Assembly: GCA_039795875.1 (NCBI GenBank)
Contig: JBDKKY010000009.1
Span: 1 to 31,773, forward strand
Direction: 5' to 3'
From: Candidatus Parcubacteria bacterium
GTDB taxonomy: Bacteria > Patescibacteriota > Minisyncoccia > Phycocordibacterales > CAIZLB01
DNA: 31,773 nt
Shown: positions 1 to 9,403 of the stretch, piece after piece
How positions within the stretch are numbered: position 1 is the stretch's first letter
How the letters are laid out: each line of letters opens with the position of its first letter
Made by a program: the position numbers and the translations under genes
Notes under the pieces: model-generated
Database searches by the model: none
The model's input: only the letters and a program-made list of their open reading frames with translations
What the model was told of the DNA's origin: nothing

Positions 1-645
1 ATCAGTGTGTTGATATATGATTTAAAAAATAATGAATTGGTTGCCGGCAAGACGATGGAGGACACGATGTCTTTAGCTTCTCTAACAAAGATCTTTACTT
101 CAGGGTTGGCTTACGAAACATTTCTCAAAACACACAAGCGAGATAGCCCGGAGGCACGAGCGTATGTTGCTCGTATTCAACGTATGTTGGCACAGTCTTC
201 AAACGAAGAAGCGGAAGCTATTGCAACAATATTTGGAAACACCCGAAAAGAATCCGTCACCCGTCTGAACGAATATGTAAAACCGTACAGTTTGGTGTTT
301 AGAAATGTAAATGGTTTGGATATAAAAACCGATGGCGGAGTGGGTGGAAGGGGCACGCCGGTCAATTTGGCTCGAGGGATTCGTGATGTTTATTTTAAAT
401 ATCCAGAATTATTTGATAAAACAATTTTACCGTACAACGATAATACCAATCTGATCGCTGGTAAGTTAGATTTCTTTTTAGCGGGGAAGACGGGGTTCAC
501 CAACTACTCCGGAGGCAATTTGATGGTGATTATTCAGAAAGGAATTACGCATAAATATTTGATCATAGTCCTCGGTTCAACAGAAAAGGATCGATTTGTC
601 GATGTTGAGCATATAGTTAAAGCTCTGCTACAATTGGACGTATGA
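1..645 (+). CDS. D-alanyl-D-alanine carboxypeptidase (peptidase S11 / PBP5-like), 5'-truncated by window edge
   Basis: The reading frame is open back to position 1 with no upstream stop. It carries an active-site SxxK motif (ASLTKIFT) and a KTG motif (AGKTGFT) about 125 aa later, typical of serine DD-carboxypeptidases. Its stop overlaps the mraY start (ATGA). Confidence 0.6.
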   Translation: MSVLIYDLKNNELVAGKTMEDTMSLASLTKIFTSGLAYETFLKTHKRDSPEARAYVARIQRMLAQSSNEEAEAIATIFGNTRKESVTRLNEYVKPYSLVFRNVNGLDIKTDGGVGGRGTPVNLARGIRDVYFKYPELFDKTILPYNDNTNLIAGKLDFFLAGKTGFTNYSGGNLMVIIQKGITHKYLIIVLGSTEKDRFVDVEHIVKALLQLDV

Positions 646-1727
646 TAATTAGCGCCCTTAAGGTCTTGATACCGACCCTTTGTTCATTTGCCTTTGGTAT
701 TCTTGTTACCCCATATTTGACTCGCATCATGTACGAGAAGAAAATGTGGAAGCGAAAATCTCGCAGTTCTGAGAATACCGAGGCAATGTCTGTGGAGTTT
801 CAGAAAATTCACAACGAGACCGATGAGGTGCACACCCCGCGTGTCGGAGGCGTCGTTATTTGGCTGGCTGTGCTACTCACATTGATCGTCATGATGGTCG
901 CACAATATCTGGTGATCCGATATGTCACAACTGACCACGCGGTTACTCATGCATTGTTTGATCGTCTGAATTTTATATCTCGAAATCAAACTGCCCTTTT
1001 GATTCTGGCGTTGATTGCAGGGTCTGTCTTTGGGTTGGTAGATGATTTGATGCAGATCTATGGTCGCCAATTGAAACTAGGTGATGGCGTTCCGCGAAAG
1101 TTACGAGTTGGATTTGTATTATTGGTGGCAGTGATTGGAGCCTGGTGGTTCTATAGCAAGTTGGGTATGGATACAATCCACATTCCGTTTTATGGTGAGA
1201 TCTACTTAGGCATTGGTTTTGTTCTGCTGTTTATTGTGGCAGTTCTTGGAACATTTTCCGGTGGCGTGATTGATGGTATTGATGGTTTGGCGGCAGGAGT
1301 CATGATAGCTGCCTTCGGATCATATACACTGATTGCTTTTGCGCAGTCTCAATACGACTTAGCGGCACTAGGTGGAGCGATCATCGGAGGACTCTTAGCC
1401 TTTCTGTGGTTCAACGTACCCCCAGCCAGGTTTTACATGGGGGAGACGGGAATGCTCGGCATCAGTATAGTACTTGCCATGTTTGCCTTCTTGACCAAGG
1501 AGGTCATCGTGTTGCTCGTGGTGGCATTTCCGCTCGTGGCAACGTCTCTATCTTCTTCGATTCAAATGTTTTCTAAGAAGCATTTTGGTAAAAAAGTCTT
1601 TCGAATCGCACCACTGCATCATCATTTTCAAGCCATAGGTTGGCCGTCGGCAAAAGTAACAATGAGATATTGGATTGTGTCCGTGATTTGTGCGGTGATA
1701 GGTGTTATCATTGCTCTATTGGGATAG
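642..1727 (+). CDS. mraY: phospho-N-acetylmuramoyl-pentapeptide transferase
   Basis: The 361-aa polytopic membrane protein has MraY signature segments (PPARFYMGETGMLG; C-terminal PLHHHFQ). It sits in the mraY-ftsW-murG gene order. Confidence 0.9.
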   Translation: MIISALKVLIPTLCSFAFGILVTPYLTRIMYEKKMWKRKSRSSENTEAMSVEFQKIHNETDEVHTPRVGGVVIWLAVLLTLIVMMVAQYLVIRYVTTDHAVTHALFDRLNFISRNQTALLILALIAGSVFGLVDDLMQIYGRQLKLGDGVPRKLRVGFVLLVAVIGAWWFYSKLGMDTIHIPFYGEIYLGIGFVLLFIVAVLGTFSGGVIDGIDGLAAGVMIAAFGSYTLIAFAQSQYDLAALGGAIIGGLLAFLWFNVPPARFYMGETGMLGISIVLAMFAFLTKEVIVLLVVAFPLVATSLSSSIQMFSKKHFGKKVFRIAPLHHHFQAIGWPSAKVTMRYWIVSVICAVIGVIIALLG

Positions 1728-1737
1728 GTTTCAGCGT

Positions 1738-2907
1738 ATGTTTTTTAAAAAAAGTCGAAAAAGAAATATTGAGAAAGCTCAATCTAAAACTCTCTCACGA
1801 ATAGAATCTGGGGCGGATCGTTTTTTCTTAATCATTGTTTCCTTATTAATCCTTTCAGGGTTGATTATATTTTCTTCAGCCACTCTTATGCTGGTAGGCA
1901 CCGCCAAATACGATGCGGTCCGGTTCAATCAGTACGGGCTGGGCTTTGTGGGTGGGTTGATTTTGTTATATATTGCCTACAAGATTCCTGTATCGGTTTT
2001 CCGCAAAACCAGTTTCTACGCTTACGTGTGCTCAACGATCTTAATGCTCATGGTTTTTGTTCCTGGGGTTGGTGTATTCCATGGCGGAGCTTACCGGTGG
2101 TTATCGATTGGAAGTTTTCAATTTCAACCAGCCGAAGTCTATAAGCTTTCAGCAGTGCTGTACATGGCCCTTTGGTTTTGTCGAGATTTTGGTAAGAAAC
2201 TAGACTCAAAGATAAATTTTTACCAGCGGACTATTCCGCTCTTGGTCATGATAGGTGTGAGTGCTATTGTATTTTTATTACAAAGAGATACAGATACGTT
2301 GATGGTGACTGTCGCAGCTCTGGTCGGTATGTACATATTGTCCGGAGGCAACTGGAAAGATGTGTGGGGTATTGCGGGTCTTGGATGTATTGCGCTTATC
2401 ATCTTAATCTTTTCCCGACCATACGTTATGCAACGTGTGCAGACATTTTTAAATCCGAGTCTTGACCCTACGGGTAGTGGATATCAGATTCAACAATCAT
2501 TAATTGCTATCGGATCTGGCGGTGTTTCAGGTCGTGGATATGGTCAGAGTATTCAAAAATTTAAATATTTACCTGAACCTATTGGGGACTCGGTCTTTGC
2601 TGTGGCGGCTGAAGAGTTTGGATTTATAGGGACAACCACGCTTGTTTTTTTGTATTTGATGTTTATGTTGCGAGGGTTGAAGATGGCCACTCGATCTTCA
2701 TCGTACGGCTCTTTGGTGATAGGCGGAATCTTATTTTTGATCACAGTCCAATCCTTTTTGAATATTACAGCGATGTTGGCGATCGTACCTCTCTCGGGTA
2801 TGCCGCTGATCTTTATCAGTCATGGAGGAACAGCTTTACTTATGGCCTTGTTTTCGGTTGGAATTATGCTGAGTGCTTCGAAAGAGAAAAAAATTGGCGT
2901 CCGGTAA
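1738..2907 (+). CDS. ftsW: SEDS-family peptidoglycan glycosyltransferase FtsW/RodA
   Basis: It has about 10 TM segments and the SEDS hallmark PEPIGDSVFAVAAEEFGFIG. I prefer the ATG at 1738, which lies after the mraY stop; a GTG at 1702 is an alternative start. Confidence 0.85.
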   Translation: MFFKKSRKRNIEKAQSKTLSRIESGADRFFLIIVSLLILSGLIIFSSATLMLVGTAKYDAVRFNQYGLGFVGGLILLYIAYKIPVSVFRKTSFYAYVCSTILMLMVFVPGVGVFHGGAYRWLSIGSFQFQPAEVYKLSAVLYMALWFCRDFGKKLDSKINFYQRTIPLLVMIGVSAIVFLLQRDTDTLMVTVAALVGMYILSGGNWKDVWGIAGLGCIALIILIFSRPYVMQRVQTFLNPSLDPTGSGYQIQQSLIAIGSGGVSGRGYGQSIQKFKYLPEPIGDSVFAVAAEEFGFIGTTTLVFLYLMFMLRGLKMATRSSSYGSLVIGGILFLITVQSFLNITAMLAIVPLSGMPLIFISHGGTALLMALFSVGIMLSASKEKKIGVR

Positions 2908-3023
2908 AACTCCAACTGCTCCGGGTTCGGTTTCGGCGCAATTGCCCCAGCGCCTGCAAATGAACCCTGCACAGTTGTCGTTTTTGTAGACCTAATATAA
3001 CAACATTCTAGTCGGAGTGATAA

Positions 3024-4187
3024 GTGTTTTGTGTTATACTGGTTATTATGAAAATTGTTGTAACCGGAGGCGGATCAGGTGGACATTTCTATCCCTTGAT
3101 GGCTGTTGCAGAATCAATCCAAAAACAAGCACGAGAGCAAAAATTACTTGAACCTCGGCTGTATTATGTTGGCCCAGATCCATACAACCCCAAAGAATTA
3201 TTTGACAGAGGTATTGATTTTATAAAAGTTACTGCTGGCAAGCGAAGAATCAATCCCAAAGGATTCAGTAGAGTTAGGAATTTTTTTGATATTTTTAAAA
3301 TGGGGTTTGGTTGTATCGCAGGCTTGATAAAGATGTTTTTCCTTTTTCCTGATGTTGTCTTTGCCAAGGGAGGATTTGCCGCCTTCCCGGTTCTATTCGC
3401 TGCTAGGGTTTTAGGCATACCAGTTGTTATCCATGAATCAGATAGTGTGCCAGGACGGGTAAATTTGTGGGCAGGCAAATTTGCTAAACGTGTTGGGGTG
3501 GCTTTTCAAGAAGCTGCTGAGTATTTTGATCCAAAAAAAGTTGCCTATACCGGTAATCCAGTGCGCAAAGATATTACACTGCCTCTTACGGTTGGAGCAT
3601 ATGAGTATTTGGAGCTCGATAAAGATTTGCCGGTGATTGCTGTTATGGGAGGATCTCTAGGCGCTAAACGAATCAATGATGTCGTTATTGGTAGTCTGCC
3701 TCTATTGGTAGAACGGTATCAAGTCATTCATCAAACCGGCCGAAGCAATATTGATATAGTCAAAGGAATGGCCAAACTTGCTCTTGATGGCGCCAGTCAT
3801 CCAGAACGATATAAAGCTGTTGATTACCTAAATCCAATGAGTATGCGAATGTTGGCTGGTATTGCCGATGTCATTATCTCTCGCTCAGGCTCATCGTTGT
3901 TTGAGATTGCCTTATGGGGAGTACCGAGCATTATGATCCCTATTACAGATTCAAACGGAGATCACCAGCGGAAAAATGCCTTTAACTATGCCCGGTCTGG
4001 AGCTGCAGTTGTGATAGAAGAGGCCAATTTGACCCCACAGATCTTGGTAAATGAGATTACTCGAATCGTAAATGATAGGGAATTGCATGACCGTATGTCC
4101 AGTGAAGCCAAGAAGTTCTCACGGCCTGATGCTGGGGATATTATTGCTCATGAAGTGTTAAATATTGCACTTAGTCACGAGGTTTAA
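3024..4187 (+). CDS. murG: UDP-N-acetylglucosamine--N-acetylmuramyl-(pentapeptide) pyrophosphoryl-undecaprenol N-acetylglucosamine transferase
   Basis: The N-terminal glycine-rich GT-B loop VVTGGGSGGHFYPLMA and the C-terminal UDP-GlcNAc-binding region match MurG. A GTG at 3024 is preceded by GGAG; an ATG at 3048 is the alternative start. Confidence 0.9.
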   Translation: MFCVILVIMKIVVTGGGSGGHFYPLMAVAESIQKQAREQKLLEPRLYYVGPDPYNPKELFDRGIDFIKVTAGKRRINPKGFSRVRNFFDIFKMGFGCIAGLIKMFFLFPDVVFAKGGFAAFPVLFAARVLGIPVVIHESDSVPGRVNLWAGKFAKRVGVAFQEAAEYFDPKKVAYTGNPVRKDITLPLTVGAYEYLELDKDLPVIAVMGGSLGAKRINDVVIGSLPLLVERYQVIHQTGRSNIDIVKGMAKLALDGASHPERYKAVDYLNPMSMRMLAGIADVIISRSGSSLFEIALWGVPSIMIPITDSNGDHQRKNAFNYARSGAAVVIEEANLTPQILVNEITRIVNDRELHDRMSSEAKKFSRPDAGDIIAHEVLNIALSHEV

Positions 4188-4239
4188 TATACTATTTACA
4201 GGGGCGAATTAATATTAATTTAAATATACACATAAATTT

Positions 4240-4455
4240 ATGGCTACTTTAAACGGTTTAGGAAAATTGGCTTGGGTACTTGTGATCATCGGAGCATTGA
4301 ACTGGGGACTAGTCAGTATCAATCCTGATTGGAACGTAGTAGACATGCTACTTGGAGCATGGCCAGCAGTTGTTCGAGTAATTTACGGACTTGTTGGACT
4401 ATCAGCGCTTGTTCTTATCTTCGGTTTGGGAAAAAAGACGGTGTCAACAATGTAA
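4240..4455 (+). CDS. DUF378-family small membrane protein
   Basis: The 71-aa protein has two TM helices and the ALNWGLV motif typical of DUF378/YuzA-like proteins. Confidence 0.55.
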   Translation: MATLNGLGKLAWVLVIIGALNWGLVSINPDWNVVDMLLGAWPAVVRVIYGLVGLSALVLIFGLGKKTVSTM

Positions 4456-4474
4456 TTTACTCTCAAATACAGTG

Positions 4475-4506
4475 AAAATCCCGCTCGGCGGGATTTTTAT
4501 TTTTTA
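4475..4506 (+). terminator. Rho-independent terminator (aaaatcccgc-tcg-gcgggatttt followed by a T-run)
   Basis: A perfect 10-bp stem and 3-nt loop are followed by TTTTATTTTTT. It ends the murG/DUF378 transcription unit. Confidence 0.65.
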
Positions 4507-4542
4507 TACACAATCTGCACCTGCAAAAAGGAGAAAAAATCC

Positions 4543-7500
4543 TTGTCTACTAAAGATAAAATTGATATTATTAATACACGTATGAGAGTTTGCCGGACAT
4601 TAATAATTATCATACTTTTGTTGAGTACATTTGTTACTGCAGGTGCTATTTCTGCTGCTTCACAAAATGATGTAATTGCTGCCAACTCTGTAGCTGAAAG
4701 TGGTCTATGGAATCGAATGATCAATGCTTTGGCCACACCTTTCGTTCCTTTGTTTACGCCTCGCATACTTGTTGCCACAGCAGTCACACCATCTGCTCCG
4801 GTTGTGAAAGTTAACACTCCACGAAAAACAGTCGTGCCTCCTCGAGGTATCACACAGAATTTTCTATATGGAGTCTCACAAGCGCAATTACAAGTCGAAT
4901 TGAAAGCCTGGGGTGACAGTATCTTGGCCCGAGCTCTTGCTGGACAACGACAAGAGATTGATGCCCTGGCCCAAAGCTTGAATCGAAGTCTGAATCCTAT
5001 TGTTCAAAATGTTAACAATATCGTCAATAATACTGTTGTAAATAATACCGGTGGCAGCTTTGATTTCTCTGAGATTGTAAATGGTTTGGAGTACTCAGGT
5101 GGAGTATTGTCGACAACTGCCGGATATGAGATCCCTCTGAGCGCTTCAACAACTGGTTGGAACGCATTTTATAACGCACCCTCAAGTCGTATCATCGCAG
5201 GTGCAAATTGCGCATGGGTCAGTAACACCTTCAACTGTGTTAGTGCAAGTGGAAGTGCGACAACAACCATCAATGGTGCCAACGGTCCAACTTTCACATT
5301 TAATGCTGGTAGCAGTGGAACAGATTTTAGTATTGCTACAAGTGCCGGCACAGTTATTTTCAATATTCCGACCTCTTCAGCCTCTGTGCGGGGCTTATTG
5401 GCAGTCACTGATTTTTTGAGAATCCCTTTAACTGCTTCATCAACAAACTGGAATTCTTTTTACAATACACCGTCAACTCGGGTTACCGCAGGCGCAAATC
5501 TGGCCTGGGTTGGCAACACGTTGGGCTTTTCAGGGATTCTGCCAATTGCTAGTGGCGGAACAGGGACAACAACTGCCCCCACCTATGGCCAATTATTGAT
5601 GGGAAATATCGCTGGTTCTTATGATCTTGTTTCTACATCTTCACTTGGGTTTGGATCAGGAACGGTAGGGTCAGGTACAACTGGACAGACTTCATACTAC
5701 GCCGCGAACGGGACAACACTTTCTGCAACCTCAACAGTATTTATTGCCACAAACGGAAATGTTGGGATTGGTACAACAACACCTTCATACAAACTGGATC
5801 TCGGGTATACCAATAGTGGTGCCAATGTACCAGGATTGTATATTCATAATGATGCAGCAGCATCGGGTATTGAAGCGGCTATGTGGATTGCATCTCCCAA
5901 TTCTCAGCATGCATCTGATAGAAACTGGGGCTTTGTTATCAACCATACAGGGAATGGATATTTTGAGATATTGAATTCCGCCAGCGCTTCAACAAATCCG
6001 AGCGTAACAAGATTGACAATCAACTCAGCTGGTCAAGTAGGTGTCGGCTCAGCTCCTATAGCAGGACAGCAGATGACTATCTTGGGAGATGCATCATCTG
6101 ACGGTGATGGCGCATTGTATGTTAAAGGAGATGCCTCAAGTGGAAACTACTCAGCACAGTTACAAGTCGGATCTCGAACAGGATATACACCTTCAAGAAT
6201 TGAATTTGTTGATGGAAGTGGTGCTGGCACAGCAATGCTTGAGTCAAATAGAGGTGATGGAGTTTCGTCTGGTACAGGTGGATATCTGGCGCTGAAGACT
6301 GGTGCTACTGGTGGTACAGCTCCTTCAGAGAGGATGCGTATTACGTCGGCGGGATTGATAGGAATAGGTACCACCACTCCTAACAACAAATTGGATATCT
6401 ATTCAACCACTAAATCTGCCATCGGATTCTCTGGTGCAGCTGGTTCAACATATAAATGGACAATCGGTATGGACGTATCAAATGGTGGCCGATTCTCGAT
6501 CGCTTCATCAACCGCACTTGGAACTACAGATCGATTTGTGATTGATGGTAATGGAAATGTTGGAATCAACACTGCTAGTCCACTTGGCTCTGGCTCAACA
6601 ACGCTACACGTTGCGGGACCTGCTGCTGGTAGTGGTACCCAATATGGATCTTTAACTCTTTCAAATACAGGAAACACAGATGATGTTCTTGGAGCGATTG
6701 ACTTCTATGCGGGTAATACAAGTCAAGCATCTATACGAACTGTCGTGGTTAGTCCAGGATCTTCAGCAGACTTATATTTTATGACTCGAGGCTCTGGAAC
6801 ATTTTCAGAAAAAATGAGATTGACCAATGCTGGGAATCTTGGAGTAGGAACCTCTTCACCTGCATCCAAACTGGATGTCTGGGGCAATCTTCGTGTCGGA
6901 ACCTCATCTACTCCTATATTGATGGTTGACACCGCCACAGGACTTGTTGGTATAGGAACTTCTTCACCAGCATATCAACTGCATATTCGAAAAGATCAAA
7001 ATGCTGGTACAGTTTTGATGGTGCAAAACAACACCAGCGGTACTGCAGCATTCGCCCAGACGATGATGAATACTCCTTCTGATAGTCTGCAAGTTGGTAT
7101 TACTAGTGCGGGATACACTGTGACTGGTGGTGCAGAACTATTTGGCCAAAATACTGCGTACATGGTTGGTAGTGCCGCAGGTGGAGTGAACATGGTTGCC
7201 TCGAATGCGTCCGGTGTAATCAGATTTGGAACTGGCGGTTATGCAACTGCCAATGAAAGAATGCGTATCGATCAAAACGGACTTGTTGGTATAGGAACTT
7301 CTTCACCAGCATATCAACTACATATTCGAAAAGATCAAAATGCCGGTACTGCTTTGATGGTTCAAAACAACACTAGCGGATCGGCTGCTTTTGCGCAACT
7401 GATGATAAACACTCCTTCTGATAGTTTGCAGGTTGGTGTCGGTAGTGCTGCGTATACTCCATCTGGAGGAGCGGAACTATTTGGACAGAACACTGTTTGG

Positions 7501-8841
7501 ATGATTGGTAGTCCAGCAGGTGGAGTTAACCTCGTTGCCTCAAATGCATCCGGTGTGATCAGATTCGGAACAGGTGGTTATGCAGCTGGAAATGAGAGAA
7601 TGAAAATAACCTCTAGCGGCGACGTCGGTATCGGTACAACTTCCCCATACGCCAAGCTATCTGTTGTTGGGCAAGTTGTTGGTCAATATTTTACAGCCAC
7701 TTCAACAACAGCAACTTCAACCTTTGCAGGAGGGCTTGTGGCGGCGTCAAGTCTGTACGTCTTGCAGGGTGGAAATGTGGGTATCGGTACTACAACACCT
7801 ACTGGTAAGTTTGTCGTCCAAGGACCAACTAACAGCTCATCAGGTGGAGGATTGACGACCGTCACTCTTTTGGCAGGAAATGGTAGTGGAGTTAGTGCCT
7901 CAAACGGTCACAATGTGCTTATACAGGCGGGTAATGGTTCAACAGGAGGTTCAACAGGAGGAAATGGAGGATTTCTGGAATTTTATGGAGGTACCGGCGG
8001 CGATACTGTCACTGACGGGTCGGGTGGAAATATCTATATTGCTCCAGGTAACTCAAGCTCTGGAACTAAAGGCCATACTCTCCTCGGCATCATGAGAGAC
8101 GGATCAGTTGTCGGTAATGTTGGTATCGGTACAAGCACCCCTGGTCAAAAGTTAACAGTCGTCGGTAACGCCCAATTTACCGGAGTAACTTCTGGTACGT
8201 ATGCTAGCGATCTAAACATAACCGCCGATGGCACCCTGACTACAAGCGCATCTGATATTCGTCTGAAGGAAAATATTTTAGAGTTGGCTACTTCTACTCT
8301 TGATAAATTGATGCAGCTTAAAGCTTATAACTTTACATGGAAAACAGATCCTGATCATCGCCAAGACCTCGGTTTGATTGCCCAAGAAGTTGAATTTATT
8401 TTCCCCGAATTGGTATTCACTAACCGAACTGATGGATTTAAGGGAGTGAACTATTCTCGACTGGCAGTGTTGCTGTTAAAGGGAATTCAAGACCAACAGA
8501 TCAGACTTGATGATTTGAAAAAATATACAACAGTGCTTAATCTAAAAGAATTACATACCGAAAAACTCTGTGTCGGCTCAGCTGATGATGAGGTGTGTAT
8601 GACCAAAGATGATGTTCGGCGATTATTAAATGGAAACAGTAGTCCTGCTCCAACTGGTAACAATAATGGCGGCGGCGGGGTGACAACTCCAACGGAACCA
8701 GTTATAGAAGAGCCTGCACCAGAGCAAACTCCTCCGACTGAACCAACAGTAGAAGAAAATGTAGAGCCTCCTGCTCTTGTAGTAGATCCAGTTGAAGTCC
8801 CAATTGAATCACCACCAGAAACACTTGCTCCAACAGAATAA
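4543..8841 (+). CDS. giant tail-fibre-like surface protein with C-terminal intramolecular chaperone (peptidase S74) auto-processing domain
   Basis: A TTG start follows AAAGGAGAAAA by 9 nt. The protein has an N-terminal signal-anchor (TLIIIILLLSTFVTAGAISAA). A Gly/Thr/Ser-rich body contains about 8 repeats, each carrying a (N)VGIGTTxPxxKLDV motif, plus two WN(A/S)FYN(A/T)PS(S/T)R(I/V)(I/T)AGAN(C/L)AWV(S/G)NT modules (about 5150-5230 and 5440-5525); the second is followed by LPIASGGTGTTTAP. The C-terminal SDIRLKENILEL...YNFTWKTD...GLIAQEVEFIFPELVF is the phage tail-spike/endosialidase chaperone domain. A Pro/Glu/Thr-rich acidic tail follows. Confidence 0.8.
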   Translation: MSTKDKIDIINTRMRVCRTLIIIILLLSTFVTAGAISAASQNDVIAANSVAESGLWNRMINALATPFVPLFTPRILVATAVTPSAPVVKVNTPRKTVVPPRGITQNFLYGVSQAQLQVELKAWGDSILARALAGQRQEIDALAQSLNRSLNPIVQNVNNIVNNTVVNNTGGSFDFSEIVNGLEYSGGVLSTTAGYEIPLSASTTGWNAFYNAPSSRIIAGANCAWVSNTFNCVSASGSATTTINGANGPTFTFNAGSSGTDFSIATSAGTVIFNIPTSSASVRGLLAVTDFLRIPLTASSTNWNSFYNTPSTRVTAGANLAWVGNTLGFSGILPIASGGTGTTTAPTYGQLLMGNIAGSYDLVSTSSLGFGSGTVGSGTTGQTSYYAANGTTLSATSTVFIATNGNVGIGTTTPSYKLDLGYTNSGANVPGLYIHNDAAASGIEAAMWIASPNSQHASDRNWGFVINHTGNGYFEILNSASASTNPSVTRLTINSAGQVGVGSAPIAGQQMTILGDASSDGDGALYVKGDASSGNYSAQLQVGSRTGYTPSRIEFVDGSGAGTAMLESNRGDGVSSGTGGYLALKTGATGGTAPSERMRITSAGLIGIGTTTPNNKLDIYSTTKSAIGFSGAAGSTYKWTIGMDVSNGGRFSIASSTALGTTDRFVIDGNGNVGINTASPLGSGSTTLHVAGPAAGSGTQYGSLTLSNTGNTDDVLGAIDFYAGNTSQASIRTVVVSPGSSADLYFMTRGSGTFSEKMRLTNAGNLGVGTSSPASKLDVWGNLRVGTSSTPILMVDTATGLVGIGTSSPAYQLHIRKDQNAGTVLMVQNNTSGTAAFAQTMMNTPSDSLQVGITSAGYTVTGGAELFGQNTAYMVGSAAGGVNMVASNASGVIRFGTGGYATANERMRIDQNGLVGIGTSSPAYQLHIRKDQNAGTALMVQNNTSGSAAFAQLMINTPSDSLQVGVGSAAYTPSGGAELFGQNTVWMIGSPAGGVNLVASNASGVIRFGTGGYAAGNERMKITSSGDVGIGTTSPYAKLSVVGQVVGQYFTATSTTATSTFAGGLVAASSLYVLQGGNVGIGTTTPTGKFVVQGPTNSSSGGGLTTVTLLAGNGSGVSASNGHNVLIQAGNGSTGGSTGGNGGFLEFYGGTGGDTVTDGSGGNIYIAPGNSSSGTKGHTLLGIMRDGSVVGNVGIGTSTPGQKLTVVGNAQFTGVTSGTYASDLNITADGTLTTSASDIRLKENILELATSTLDKLMQLKAYNFTWKTDPDHRQDLGLIAQEVEFIFPELVFTNRTDGFKGVNYSRLAVLLLKGIQDQQIRLDDLKKYTTVLNLKELHTEKLCVGSADDEVCMTKDDVRRLLNGNSSPAPTGNNNGGGGVTTPTEPVIEEPAPEQTPPTEPTVEENVEPPALVVDPVEVPIESPPETLAPTE
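6943..7620 (+). repeat. in-frame tandem duplication, 2 x 339 bp (113-aa units, about 85 % identical; first about 65 nt nearly identical)
   Basis: The string cttgttggtataggaacttcttcaccagcatatcaact occurs at 6943 and again at 7282. The translated units LVGIGTSSPAYQLHIRKDQNAGT..GVIRFGTGGYA..NERM align along their full length. Confidence 0.75.
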
Positions 8842-8881
8842 AAGTATTGATTATTAGAATAAAAGATGAGATCATTAGCAC

Positions 8882-9397
8882 ATGGCCAGTACAAAAACTA
8901 TTGAAAAAAATATATCCACTGCACAAGAAGAAATAATAACATCAGCTCCACGACCGCGCCGCCGAGGATTGGCGGTAAAGTTTTCAGGATTATTATTTAT
9001 TGCAGTTATCGTTCTAGGTGTACTATATCTACAACAAAGAACACAGATACGACGATTGACTGATCCTGTTGCTCAAACAGAATATGCCGAGCAACAAGTC
9101 AAAAAGGTGATTGAAGATTTAAAGCAGTATGTTGTGATACCCGATGAAGAGCAATTGCAACTATTGGGGGTGATCAATGACGCGGAGAGCTTGAAGAAGG
9201 ATCAAGCTTTTTATGCAAACGTTGAACGAGGTGACTATGTATTCCTATTTACAAAAACATCTCGAGCTCTTATCTGGAGACCTAGTACAAAGAAGATTGT
9301 AAACTTCGGTATTGCAGACACGACTCAAGCGCAACAACAAGGAAACATTCAAAAGTCTACTCCAACAGCAGCGGCTAGTTCTACTCAAGATAACTAG
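8882..9397 (+). CDS. hypothetical single-pass membrane protein
   Basis: The 171-aa protein has a basic N-terminus (RPRRRG) followed by one TM helix (LLFIAVIVLGVLYL). I recognise no domain. Confidence 0.45.
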   Translation: MASTKTIEKNISTAQEEIITSAPRPRRRGLAVKFSGLLFIAVIVLGVLYLQQRTQIRRLTDPVAQTEYAEQQVKKVIEDLKQYVVIPDEEQLQLLGVINDAESLKKDQAFYANVERGDYVFLFTKTSRALIWRPSTKKIVNFGIADTTQAQQQGNIQKSTPTAAASSTQDN

Positions 9398-9403
9398 GTT
9401 ACG

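Noticed and set aside
3164-3478. 104-aa minus-strand ORF inside murG, plus similar small antisense ORFs inside mraY, ftsW, the fibre gene, the HK and pepF
   Set aside because: They are fully embedded in well-supported genes on the opposite strand, with no independent signals.
4391-4853. ORFs 4391..4585(+) and 4497..4853(-)
   Set aside because: They span the terminator and promoter between DUF378 and the fibre gene and overlap the fibre gene's N-terminus. They are probably spurious.
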